Shown: positions 1 to 8,701 of the stretch, piece by piece
Layout of the letters: each line of letters opens with the position of its first letter
Position numbering within the stretch: position 1 is the stretch's first letter
Assembly (NCBI GenBank): GCA_000993615.1
Contig: LBWM01000001.1
Coordinates: 23,970 to 87,969, forward strand
Source of the DNA: Candidatus Peregrinibacteria bacterium GW2011_GWF2_39_17
Lineage (GTDB): Bacteria; Patescibacteriota; Gracilibacteria; UBA1369; UBA12473
Length of the DNA stretch: 64,000 bases
Reading direction: 5' to 3'
The notes under the pieces: generated by a model
Seen by the model: only the letters and a program-made list of their open reading frames with translations
Told to the model about the DNA's origin: nothing
Databases searched by the model: none
Made by a program: the position numbers and the translations under genes

Positions 1-312
1 AGTGGAAGCACCCATCAAGTAATTACAGCCTTTACTATTTTGTTCCCTTCTCAAAAGAAGCAAATCACCAAATCCGTAGTCACAAAAATTGTTTTTAGAA
101 AATTTTCTGATCAAGAAATAAATTATTATATTAAAACAAAAAAACCTTTTGATAAGGCAGGGGCCTATGCTATTCAAGAGCAAGGCGATCAGTTTGTGGT
201 AAAAATTATTGGCGATTACGATAATGTTGTAGGTTTACCAGTTAAGGAAATCGAACCCATTTTAAGGAAAATTGATGCTTCTTCGTCGGCAAATCCGCAT
301 CTCAGTTCTTAA
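1..312 (+). CDS. maf: Maf-like nucleotide pyrophosphatase, C-terminal part (5' end lies upstream of window)
   Basis: Frame 1 is open from base 1 (SGSTHQVITAF...). Motifs DKAGAYAIQ and GDYDNVVGLP are typical of Maf/YhdE. The ORF track shows only the part after an internal Met at 40. Confidence 0.75.
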   Translation, partial: SGSTHQVITAFTILFPSQKKQITKSVVTKIVFRKFSDQEINYYIKTKKPFDKAGAYAIQEQGDQFVVKIIGDYDNVVGLPVKEIEPILRKIDASSSANPHLSS

Positions 313-2674
313 TTTTTTTTAAAGGAGCTACACTGGACGCTAACTTTTTAACGCCAATTTGGGGATTACTAAAAGCAATTGTTAGTATCCCACCAGTAAC
401 TTTAACCACCACTCCTTCTCCAAAAGTTCGGTGTCTCACCCGATCCCCTTGTGAAAAATTTGGTATTTGACCGGTCAAAAAACCTTCTGTCTGGTCAACC
501 AAAGCTACTGGATCAGGAATTTCATCAGGATAAAATTCAATTTCATTTTCCACCGGGATTCGTTTTAAGCCACTTTGTTGATTTATTTTGCCAAAATAAT
601 TGGCCAAGATTCCTTCTTTGGCTTCTGTCTCCATTATAATTCCATCTTCTGCTAAAGGATTTTTAGGGTCATTCGATTCACATAGTTCTGCCGGCAGGTC
701 ACGTAAAAACTGAGAAGGGCTATTGCATTTTATGTCTCCGTAAAGTAGTCGCCGTTCCGCGTAAAGGAGATATAAACGTTCCATTGCCCGAGTCATCCCG
801 ACATACATTAATCTTCTTTCTTCCTCTAGTTCATTGGGCTCAAATAGGCTCCTGGAATGAGGGAAAATTCCCTCTTCTAGTCCGGCAATAAAAACATTTG
901 GAAATTCTAAGCCCTTAGCCATGTGCATGGTCATAAGAACCACCGCATTATCGCGATCGTCAAATTGGTCTAGATCCGAGATCAAAGCCACTTCTTCTAA
1001 AAAAGTAGCCAAAGAAAGTCCTGGCTCAAGTTTGTCGTATTTGCTGGCTACGGAAATTAATTCTTGTACGTTTTCATAGCGAGTTTCTCCTTCTGTGGAA
1101 CCATCCAATAAAAATTCTTTGTATTTACTTTCTTCCAATAGATTTTTGATTACGCCCGAAGCCGGATATTGATGATTAATTTTTTGCATTACCGAAATTA
1201 ATTTAACAAATTGTCCCAAGGTTACAGTTTTCCCTTCGTTTAGTTCGATTTTATTTCCGGCCATGGTTTGCAGATTTTGAATTATTGATAATAAGGGCAC
1301 ATCTCCCTGATGGCGACTCATGGTTTGCAAGGCTTCCAGGGTTTTAGAGCCGATTTTGCGAGGCGGAATATTAATAATTCGAAGTAAGCTAACGCTATCC
1401 GCTGGATTAACAATAAGTTTTAAATAAGCCAAAATATCTTTAATTTCTTTGCGTTCGTAAAATTTAACCCCACCCACCACCCTGTACGGGATGCCATAGC
1501 GGAGCATGGTTTCTTCGATGACACGCGATTGAGCATTTGTCCGATACAAAATAGCAAAATCACGATAACTAGGAGCTTCGTATTGCAAAAGTATTTTTTG
1601 AATTTCCGCGGCAATCATCCCGCCTTCGGCTCGTTCGTCTAACGCCTGCCAAATTTGAATTTTTGGACCTTTTTCTTTATTAGTCCATAATTTTTTGTCA
1701 GTCCTCTTCTTGTTTTTGGCAATTACGGAATGACTGGCATCAAGAATTATTGAAGTTGAACGGTAATTTTGTTCCAATTTAACGGTTTTTGCTTCTGGGT
1801 AGTCTTTTTCAAAATCCAAAATATTTTGCATGGTAGCGCCTCGCCAACTGTAAATCGATTGCCAATCATCCCCGACCACGCACAAATTTCGATATTTATG
1901 CGCCAATTTATTAATCAGAATGAATTGGGCATGGTTTGTGTCTTGATATTCATCCACGGAAATATACTGGAATCGCTCTTGGAGATCAGCCAAAACTTGC
2001 GGCTCTTTTTCGAAAAGTTCCACGGTTTTCATGATGATGTCATCAAAATCCAGAGCTTGATTCTGGGATAATTTTTTTTGATAAATAGGATAAAGATCCG
2101 CCACGGTTTGGGTAAAAGTGCTATAAGCTTGTTTGGCGTATTCCGTAGGTGTCAATAAGGCATTTTTAGCTCCAGAAATATGGGACAAAATCGCTTTTGG
2201 GTTCAGACGATCCGTGCTTAATCCTTGTTCTCGCATAATGGTTTTCATTAGAATTTGGGAGTCCGTATCATCGTAAATCGCAAATTGGTTTTCAAACCCG
2301 AGCAGGTGAAGGTATTTTCTTAAAATTTGCACGCAAAAAGAATGAAATGTGCCAATTACTGGTAAATCAGGGTGGTTAAAAGTTGGCCCCTTAATTGAGT
2401 TCAAAAGGAAATCGGCTTTTTGTTGGCCATAAAGAAGATTTAAAACTCGTTTTTTCATTTCTCCGGCTGCTTTATTGGTAAAAGTTACCGCTAAAACTGA
2501 AAAAGGCGAGACTTTTTTCTCGGCAATCAGATAAGCGATACGATGAGTCAAAGTGCGTGTTTTTCCGCTCCCTGCGCCCGCTAAAATTAAAACCGGCCCC
2601 TCTGTAGTCAGCACTGCTTCTTGCTGCGAAGGGTTCAGAGAGTTAAGAAGTGGATGGTCTGATTTTAAGGTCAT
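302..2674 (-). CDS. uvrD: ATP-dependent DNA helicase, UvrD/PcrA family
   Basis: Walker A AGAGSGKTRT, DExx box VDEYQDTN, C-terminal GDRVRHRTFGEGVV tail. The ORF track starts at a TTG at 2752 and adds a hydrophobic extension. The ATG at 2672-2674 (MTLKSDHPLLNSLNPSQQEAV) fits family N-termini better. Its 3' end overlaps maf convergently by 11 nt. Confidence 0.9.
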   Translation of the reverse strand: MTLKSDHPLLNSLNPSQQEAVLTTEGPVLILAGAGSGKTRTLTHRIAYLIAEKKVSPFSVLAVTFTNKAAGEMKKRVLNLLYGQQKADFLLNSIKGPTFNHPDLPVIGTFHSFCVQILRKYLHLLGFENQFAIYDDTDSQILMKTIMREQGLSTDRLNPKAILSHISGAKNALLTPTEYAKQAYSTFTQTVADLYPIYQKKLSQNQALDFDDIIMKTVELFEKEPQVLADLQERFQYISVDEYQDTNHAQFILINKLAHKYRNLCVVGDDWQSIYSWRGATMQNILDFEKDYPEAKTVKLEQNYRSTSIILDASHSVIAKNKKRTDKKLWTNKEKGPKIQIWQALDERAEGGMIAAEIQKILLQYEAPSYRDFAILYRTNAQSRVIEETMLRYGIPYRVVGGVKFYERKEIKDILAYLKLIVNPADSVSLLRIINIPPRKIGSKTLEALQTMSRHQGDVPLLSIIQNLQTMAGNKIELNEGKTVTLGQFVKLISVMQKINHQYPASGVIKNLLEESKYKEFLLDGSTEGETRYENVQELISVASKYDKLEPGLSLATFLEEVALISDLDQFDDRDNAVVLMTMHMAKGLEFPNVFIAGLEEGIFPHSRSLFEPNELEEERRLMYVGMTRAMERLYLLYAERRLLYGDIKCNSPSQFLRDLPAELCESNDPKNPLAEDGIIMETEAKEGILANYFGKINQQSGLKRIPVENEIEFYPDEIPDPVALVDQTEGFLTGQIPNFSQGDRVRHRTFGEGVVVKVTGGILTIAFSNPQIGVKKLASSVAPLKKIKN

Positions 2675-2836
2675 AAAATCTAAAATTATGGCACCGTGAA
2701 CCTGGCCCCAGACTAACAATGTAGCATAGAAAAGCAAAGGCCAATAACTCAAAATAGCGGGTTTGGGTAAAAATTGATTTGATTTTTTATCAAGATTTAG
2801 TATGGTAAGCCCTTAGCCAATTTTAAAAGTTAAAAG

Positions 2837-4066
2837 ATGAGTGAATTTTATAGTAGGATTGCCCCGGAGAGCGCAGATGCTACGCAATATCCTGCTAAAC
2901 TATACGTTGCTGACAGGGAAATATGGGAAATTATACGAAAAACCAGTGAATTATTGGTCGATGGGAGTTGTGGTCAGGGCGGAATATATCCTCTATTAAG
3001 AGAAATCAACGGATGGAATGGTCTGACGACCCCTGATGGGAATTTTACTAATGTCGGAATTTTAGACGGTAATGGGAAACTAGTGGAAAAGCCACCTGCC
3101 AATTTGTTACTAGAACGTCTATGTCGAGCTAAGGAAAAATTTAGAAGAGAGCTGCTTAAAATGCAGTTAGATGAAGCAACATTAATTTCTATCTGGGGGC
3201 CGATTCAAAGAGCTTCGGAGCATATTCAAGAGGTGCTTGAAGAAAGAAGACATAGGAGAAAAATGGCCAAAAAACAAGGGAAATTAGGTGATAGATGTGA
3301 AAAAGAGACGCAAAACCCCAATCAGAGATACCAAATTTTACAAAATGAGGCGGTTCCCCCTGGCACAGGAGAAATTAATAAGTTAGGAGTTATAATTGAG
3401 GTGAATTTAGAAGCTAGATACGAAGAAGGTGATTTTAGTGCCGCAGTTAGTATACCAGAGGGTGCGGAATATAACTTTGTTTTTCCTTGGAGAGAAGATC
3501 CTGAAAGTATGAGGTCTTTGGCGGTACTTAATGAAAATGCTTTAAGGGCAGGGCTTTTGCTAGCTTTAGGGGGAAATTTCGGGAGGGCATGGGCTACTTC
3601 TCCAGAGAGTAAATGCGTCGCTCGTTTAAGCAGAATTAGGGTCAATCAACATGGTCAAGTTGGAGATTTTGGGGTTGAGATTTTGGCAATTGCTCCCAAG
3701 GTAGCGACTCAAGATAGCCAGGCACTTTTTTTATCAACAGATAGAAAAGATGACGCCTCGTTAGAAGATCCTGACAGCGACTTTTTTGATATCGGTTCTT
3801 TTAAGGAATTAAAAAGAGGAGACGTCTTACCTGGCAACACCATAAATCCTCCTTTTAGGAGTGAAGCCTTTGGAAATCCTTCTTATTGGCCGCCCCGAAA
3901 TGGAGTAGGTTATTATGTTACGGGGTCATCTGGAGAGGGGTATCTAGTACCTCGTGGGGTCGAGCTTAGATTAAAAAAATGGGTTAATTTACATCAAGGT
4001 CAAAGGTATTATGTTGAAAAGCTAATTTTTGAACACGGCTATTTAAAAGCAATCAAGATTCGGTAA
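2837..4066 (+). CDS. hypothetical protein (409 aa, no recognisable domain, no signal peptide or TM)
   Basis: Long uninterrupted ORF with an ATG start and protein-like composition. No family motif recognised by eye. Confidence 0.6.
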   Translation: MSEFYSRIAPESADATQYPAKLYVADREIWEIIRKTSELLVDGSCGQGGIYPLLREINGWNGLTTPDGNFTNVGILDGNGKLVEKPPANLLLERLCRAKEKFRRELLKMQLDEATLISIWGPIQRASEHIQEVLEERRHRRKMAKKQGKLGDRCEKETQNPNQRYQILQNEAVPPGTGEINKLGVIIEVNLEARYEEGDFSAAVSIPEGAEYNFVFPWREDPESMRSLAVLNENALRAGLLLALGGNFGRAWATSPESKCVARLSRIRVNQHGQVGDFGVEILAIAPKVATQDSQALFLSTDRKDDASLEDPDSDFFDIGSFKELKRGDVLPGNTINPPFRSEAFGNPSYWPPRNGVGYYVTGSSGEGYLVPRGVELRLKKWVNLHQGQRYYVEKLIFEHGYLKAIKIR

Positions 4067-4125
4067 ATCCCTCGAACTGCAAGTAGTAAAAGTTATGACC
4101 ATCTTTAACTTTTTGATAATTAGTC

Positions 4126-5298
4126 TTATCTAACTACATTAATCGATGTTCCTATTTCCCCAAATTCGTAAACTAAAGCCGCATCTTCAGGAAGCATCCG
4201 TATGCAGCCATGACTTACCGGAGTGCCAATATGGCTTAAAGCTTCGCTCCAAAAAACGCCACCAGTATTATTTCCCGTGTAAGGTAAGGCATGCAGACCA
4301 TGTCCCCATTTGGTAAATCCTTGCCATTTTGGCATACGATAGTGGGGAGACGCTCCTCCTACCCTTAATTCTTGCTTGTTTAAAATTTCAAATGAGCCCA
4401 CCGGGGTCGGAGTTTTGGCTGCTCCGCTGCTTACAGGGAGAGCATAAACCACCTCATCGCCAAATTGTAAGTTCATGGTTTGAGTGGACAGAGAAACATT
4501 AATTGATTTATCGCCTGTTAAACTGCGAGTATCCAAGCTTTTATTTTTAATAAAGCGGAGTTTATACTCGTCATCCGCTGTAATATTACCGATGCGAATA
4601 GGAATGGCGATTTCAAAATCAGGAATCCAGGCTTGATGTTCAGCTACTAAACCAAAATATTCCATGTAAATATTATCTTGGGTCGGAGCTATGGTTGAAA
4701 AGGCAAAAGTAGCGGTCCACTGCGGTGCCACGGCATCTTCAACCATTTCTACTCGATTATTCCCCAGCCACCCAGAATTTTTTTTATTTTGATAAAAAAC
4801 ACTAGCTCGATCTCTTGTTTTTTCTGTCCCTAAATTTACAACAGTTCGATTCTCGCACCCGCTTGATGACGAATACCAAATCCGATTGCTGGTATTCTTG
4901 ACATAAACTTCGACGCGAAATTCTTCTCCTGGAAGAATATGTTCCGGTATTTTAACTTCTGAAATTTCTGCTTCGTAAATTGGTTCATCCGTCGAATCTT
5001 CCCAAAAACAAATCTGCTTTAATCCGGATTTTAACGGTTCTTGTAAAGGGTTAATATCTTTTGCTTGCAGGTAAGAAACAGGATAATTAAAACGCACAAT
5101 CCCTTGTTTGGCTGTTATGAAATAATTAAAAAATGAAGCTTGAAAATTTTGGCTTATTTTAATGCCAGTTTGGGCTGGATTTATTTTAGCTTGTAATTGT
5201 CTTTCACCAACCGCAATTCCAATAGTTAGGGCAAAAATCGAAATAACAAGCCAGAGTTTGCGAGGATGAAAGATTCGAATATGTTTACGGTGAGACAT
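4126..5298 (-). CDS. L,D-transpeptidase (YkuD domain) with N-terminal membrane anchor
   Basis: C-terminal catalytic motif GTPVSHGCIRM preceded by HGLHALP. N-terminal TM LWLVISIFALTIGIAV. Confidence 0.85.
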   Translation of the reverse strand: MSHRKHIRIFHPRKLWLVISIFALTIGIAVGERQLQAKINPAQTGIKISQNFQASFFNYFITAKQGIVRFNYPVSYLQAKDINPLQEPLKSGLKQICFWEDSTDEPIYEAEISEVKIPEHILPGEEFRVEVYVKNTSNRIWYSSSSGCENRTVVNLGTEKTRDRASVFYQNKKNSGWLGNNRVEMVEDAVAPQWTATFAFSTIAPTQDNIYMEYFGLVAEHQAWIPDFEIAIPIRIGNITADDEYKLRFIKNKSLDTRSLTGDKSINVSLSTQTMNLQFGDEVVYALPVSSGAAKTPTPVGSFEILNKQELRVGGASPHYRMPKWQGFTKWGHGLHALPYTGNNTGGVFWSEALSHIGTPVSHGCIRMLPEDAALVYEFGEIGTSINVVR

Positions 5299-5486
5299 TT
5301 TTGATTATTTTTATTTTTTATTTGCCATGGGCAACTGCAAAGCGCCTTGCCTAGGCCGAATACTAAATTTTAACATAAAAAAAACTCATAATCAAGGACT
5401 AGAATCAAAAAATCATCATCCTTTTTTGAAAAAATTCAAACTTTTCCGTTTGGTGACTTTGGATAACACCTCAAAACCTTTAACGC

Positions 5487-5516
5487 AAAAAAGCCGCCAA
5501 ATATTATGGCGGCCCT
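5487..5516 (-). terminator. Intrinsic terminator downstream of hup
   Basis: Read on the minus strand: GGGCCGCCA-TAATATT-TGGCGGC followed by TTTTTT. It lies about 30 nt after the hup stop. Confidence 0.7.
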
Positions 5517-5544
5517 TTTATAATTCGAAAACAATAACTAAAAA

Positions 5545-5820
5545 TTAACGAACAGCATCTTTAAGGCTCTTGCCGGCTTTGAAAGCAGGAACTTTCATGG
5601 CAGGGATCTTGATTTTCTCGCTTGGATTTCTTGGGTTTACACCAGTGCGAGCTGCTCTTTTGCTAACACGGAATGTTCCGAATCCGGTGATGGTCACGTT
5701 TTGGCCCTTTTTAAGGTTAGTCGTGATTGCAGCCAAGATGGCATCGAGAGCCAAGGCAGCTGCCTTTTTGGTAATACCAGCTGTGTTTGCAGCGGCATTG
5801 ACGAGATCTTGTTTCGTCAT
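5545..5820 (-). CDS. hup: HU-family nucleoid DNA-binding protein
   Basis: 90 aa. MTKQDLV...GFGTFRVSKRAARTGVNPRNPSEKIKIPA is the canonical HU/IHF fold signature. Confidence 0.92.
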   Translation of the reverse strand: MTKQDLVNAAANTAGITKKAAALALDAILAAITTNLKKGQNVTITGFGTFRVSKRAARTGVNPRNPSEKIKIPAMKVPAFKAGKSLKDAVR

Positions 5821-6050
5821 TGGATGTGGGGTTAAAAATTAACTGGTACTGATTATTAGCCAACACAAGCCCTTTTACAAGCTTTTTGGTCTTGCCAGTC
5901 ATTAAAATAATGTTGATTTACGGCTTATTTATAGGATTTGTAAGCCTTAAAATTTTAAATTGACTACCTTAGGTTAAGGAAAATCCTTGCTAAAAACAAT
6001 TAATTATTATAGTAATAACAATCGCTGCTTCTTTTTTTAAAAAATCCTCA

Positions 6051-8297
6051 ATGGCCAAAAATCTTGTCATTGTCGAGTCTCCGGCGAAATCAAAAACAAT
6101 TTCTAAGTTTTTAGGGAAAGACTATGAAGTTAAGGCCTCGATGGGGCATGTGCGCGATTTGCCAAAATCGCAAATGGGAATTGATGTTGAGCATGGCTTT
6201 GAGCCAAGTTATTTAATCCCCCCGGATAAGAGTAAAGTGATTAAAGATTTAAAACTAAAAATCAAGAGTGATACTGTTATCTGGCTGGCTACTGATCGTG
6301 ATCGTGAAGGGGAAGCTATTGGCTGGCACTTAGTTGAGGCCCTCAAGCTGAAAAATCATAAAATTCACCGTATTGTTTTCGATGAAATTACCAAGTCAGC
6401 CATTTTAAAAGCAGTGACTCATCCCGGAAAATTGAATCAAAACCTGATTAATGCGCAGCAAAGCAGGAGGATTTTAGATCGGTTGGTAGGTTATGAGCTC
6501 TCGCCTTTATTGTGGAAAAAGATTCGTTATGGATTGTCAGCCGGTAGAGTGCAAAGTGTAGCGGTGCGTTTAATCGTTGACCGAGAACGAGAAAGGCAGG
6601 CTTTTAAGGTTGAAGAATATTGGTCTATTATCGGAGAATTTTCTGCTGATAATGATGCCAAGAATTTTTTCGAAGCTAAATTGCAAAAAAAGGATGGTAA
6701 AGAATTAGTAATTTCAAATCAAAAAGAAGCTACGCATCATCTTGAGGAACTAAAAAAATTACACTACAAAATTGCTAAAATTGAGCGCAAGGAAATTCAA
6801 AAAAACCCAGCTCCTCCTTTTACTACTTCGACCTTACAACAAGAAGCCGCGCGCAAATTGCACTTTTCAGTAAAAAAAACCATGACCTTAGCGCAACAAC
6901 TTTACGAAGGGCTCGAAGTGGGAGAAGGGCATCATGGGCTAATTACCTATATGCGTACCGATTCCGTGCATCTTTCTATTCAAGCCACCTCGGAGATGAA
7001 ATCTTTTATTAAAGAAGTTTACGGAGAAAAATACGCGCTTGAAAAACCACGAGTTTATAAAAGCAAAAAAGGAGCGCAAGAAGCTCATGAAGCGATTCGG
7101 CCAACTGATGTTAAGCGCCATCCCGATGAGATGAAAAAGTATTTAGATCCAGATCAACATCGTCTTTATGAATTAATTTGGAAAAGAGCAATAGCTTCTC
7201 AAATGGAAGCAGCGAGATTTGATCGAGTGGGAGTTGATATTGAAAGTGATCAAAAACATTATTTATTTCGAGCTACTGGCCAACAGTTAAAATTTCCTGG
7301 ATTTATTGCCTTATATGTTGAAGGTAAAGATGATCCAGAAGAAGAAAAGGAAAATGACGAAAAGCTTTTGCCTTTTCTTACTCAAGGTAGTGCGGCTAAG
7401 GCTAGAAATTTTCAGCCTAATCAACATTTTACACAGCCCCCCCCCCGTTATACTGAAGCCAGTTTAGTAAAGAAAATGGAAGCAGAGGAAATTGGTCGAC
7501 CAAGTACTTACGCTCCCACGATTTCTACAATTATGACCAGGGGATATGTTAATAAAATTGAAAATTATTTAGCGCCCACTGATACTGGTGAGGTCGTAAC
7601 CGATTTTTTAGTTCAGCATTTTCCTAAAATTGTTGACGTTGGATTTACCGCAAAAATGGAAGAAGACTTGGATCATATTGCCGAAGGAAAAGAAGATTGG
7701 CTAAAATTTTTGAAATTATTTTATCAGCCCTTCCATGAAAACGTGGAGGAGAAGAATGAAACCCTAAAAAAGAAAGATGTTATTACGGAAAAAACCGATG
7801 AAAAATGTGAACAATGTGGTAAACCCATGGTTGTAAAACTAGGAAGATTTGGAAAATTTCTTTCGTGCAGTGATTACCCTCATTGCAAAAATGCCAAACC
7901 ACTTGTAGAAAAAGAGGTAGATAAGGCAGCAGCCGAGGAATTTGCCAAACTGCAAAAAAAATTAAGTGGGAAAATTTGTTCCAAGTGTGGACAACCAATG
8001 GAATTAAAGAAAGGGCGGTATGGGGAATTTTTAGGGTGTAGCGGGTATCCAAAATGTCATAATATGCAGCCGATTGTTAAATTTGCAGAAGTAAAATGTC
8101 CGGATTGCAAAGATGGACAATTAGTTGAGAGGAGAACCAAAAAAGGAGCTCGAGTGTTTTATGGTTGTAATAAATTTCCTAAATGTAAATTTGCTTTGTG
8201 GGATAAGCCAGTTAATAAAAAATGTAAAGATTGTAAAGGGTTAATGGTTGAAAAGGGGGATAAAATTATTTGTTCTTTGTGTAAGAAGGGAGAATAA
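6051..8297 (+). CDS. topA: DNA topoisomerase I with C-terminal Zn-ribbon repeats
   Basis: Toprim N-terminus LVIVESPAKSKTISKFLG. Active-site region ITYMRTDS. Conserved TQPPPRYTEASLV. At least three C4 zinc ribbons (CEQCGKPM...CSDYPHC, CSKCGQPM...CSGYPKC, CPDCKDG...CNKFPKC) plus a Cys-rich tail (CKDCKG...CSLC). Confidence 0.95.
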   Translation: MAKNLVIVESPAKSKTISKFLGKDYEVKASMGHVRDLPKSQMGIDVEHGFEPSYLIPPDKSKVIKDLKLKIKSDTVIWLATDRDREGEAIGWHLVEALKLKNHKIHRIVFDEITKSAILKAVTHPGKLNQNLINAQQSRRILDRLVGYELSPLLWKKIRYGLSAGRVQSVAVRLIVDRERERQAFKVEEYWSIIGEFSADNDAKNFFEAKLQKKDGKELVISNQKEATHHLEELKKLHYKIAKIERKEIQKNPAPPFTTSTLQQEAARKLHFSVKKTMTLAQQLYEGLEVGEGHHGLITYMRTDSVHLSIQATSEMKSFIKEVYGEKYALEKPRVYKSKKGAQEAHEAIRPTDVKRHPDEMKKYLDPDQHRLYELIWKRAIASQMEAARFDRVGVDIESDQKHYLFRATGQQLKFPGFIALYVEGKDDPEEEKENDEKLLPFLTQGSAAKARNFQPNQHFTQPPPRYTEASLVKKMEAEEIGRPSTYAPTISTIMTRGYVNKIENYLAPTDTGEVVTDFLVQHFPKIVDVGFTAKMEEDLDHIAEGKEDWLKFLKLFYQPFHENVEEKNETLKKKDVITEKTDEKCEQCGKPMVVKLGRFGKFLSCSDYPHCKNAKPLVEKEVDKAAAEEFAKLQKKLSGKICSKCGQPMELKKGRYGEFLGCSGYPKCHNMQPIVKFAEVKCPDCKDGQLVERRTKKGARVFYGCNKFPKCKFALWDKPVNKKCKDCKGLMVEKGDKIICSLCKKGE

Positions 8298-8425
8298 TTT
8301 TTAAGGAATTAATAAATTAAAGGTTGAGTCGCCATTGGTGTTGGGGCGCAGGTATTGCTACGGCGCTTATTTAGTGGTATTATTTAATGATTTGTTTAAT
8401 TTTATTTTTTTAAAAACACTTTTTT

Positions 8426-8641
8426 ATGGCAGAAAAATCATCCTGCTGCTCTCAATCAATTATGGTGCATCCCTTTGTGCTTTTTTGGTTAGGGGTATTA
8501 ACCGGAGCAATTATTATTGGTCTGATTTTTACTTATAAAACTTATGAAAATGATAATATCCAAAACATGATCTTAAAAGAAAATCCAAAGATACAACAAG
8601 ACGGGTCTTCTCATTTTGTAAATTGGGGAGCTTCTGATTAG
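8426..8641 (+). CDS. small hypothetical membrane protein (71 aa, one TM)
   Basis: ATG ORF with one hydrophobic helix (FVLFWLGVLTGAIIIGLIF), followed by a hairpin at 8666. No homology recognised. It overlaps an alternative-frame ORF at 8335..8538. Confidence 0.35.
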   Translation: MAEKSSCCSQSIMVHPFVLFWLGVLTGAIIIGLIFTYKTYENDNIQNMILKENPKIQQDGSSHFVNWGASD

Positions 8642-8665
8642 AAATTTCGGAAAGCTTTTTTAAAG

Positions 8666-8695
8666 AAAAACCGTCGGCGTGAGCAGGCGGTTTTT
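8666..8695. terminator. Bidirectional terminator-like GNRA hairpin between convergent genes
   Basis: AAAAACCGTCGGC-GTGA-GCAGGCGGTTTTT. The stem has one G.A mismatch and one G.U pair, an A-run on the 5' side and a T-run on the 3' side. The 3' half GCGTGAGCAGGCGG closely matches both IS200-end hairpins at 19249 and 19765. Confidence 0.6.
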
Positions 8696-8701
8696 CTTTT
8701 C

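Noticed and set aside
5327-5548. 73-aa plus-strand ORF between ldt and hup
   Set aside because: Lys/Asn-rich low-complexity translation of an AT-rich spacer. It runs through the hup terminator hairpin and shows no sign of coding.
5570-5842. 90-aa ORF antisense to hup, plus similar antisense ORFs inside uvrD, topA, the STAND gene, carB, the S-layer gene and others
   Set aside because: Each is fully embedded opposite a confidently identified gene and has a hydrophobic or low-complexity translation. Treated as shadow ORFs.
8335-8538. 67-aa ORF after topA overlapping the 71-aa ORF
   Set aside because: It has a non-ATG (TTG) start and a hydrophobic low-complexity translation. The overlapping 8426..8641 frame, with an ATG and a clean TM helix, is the better but still weak candidate.
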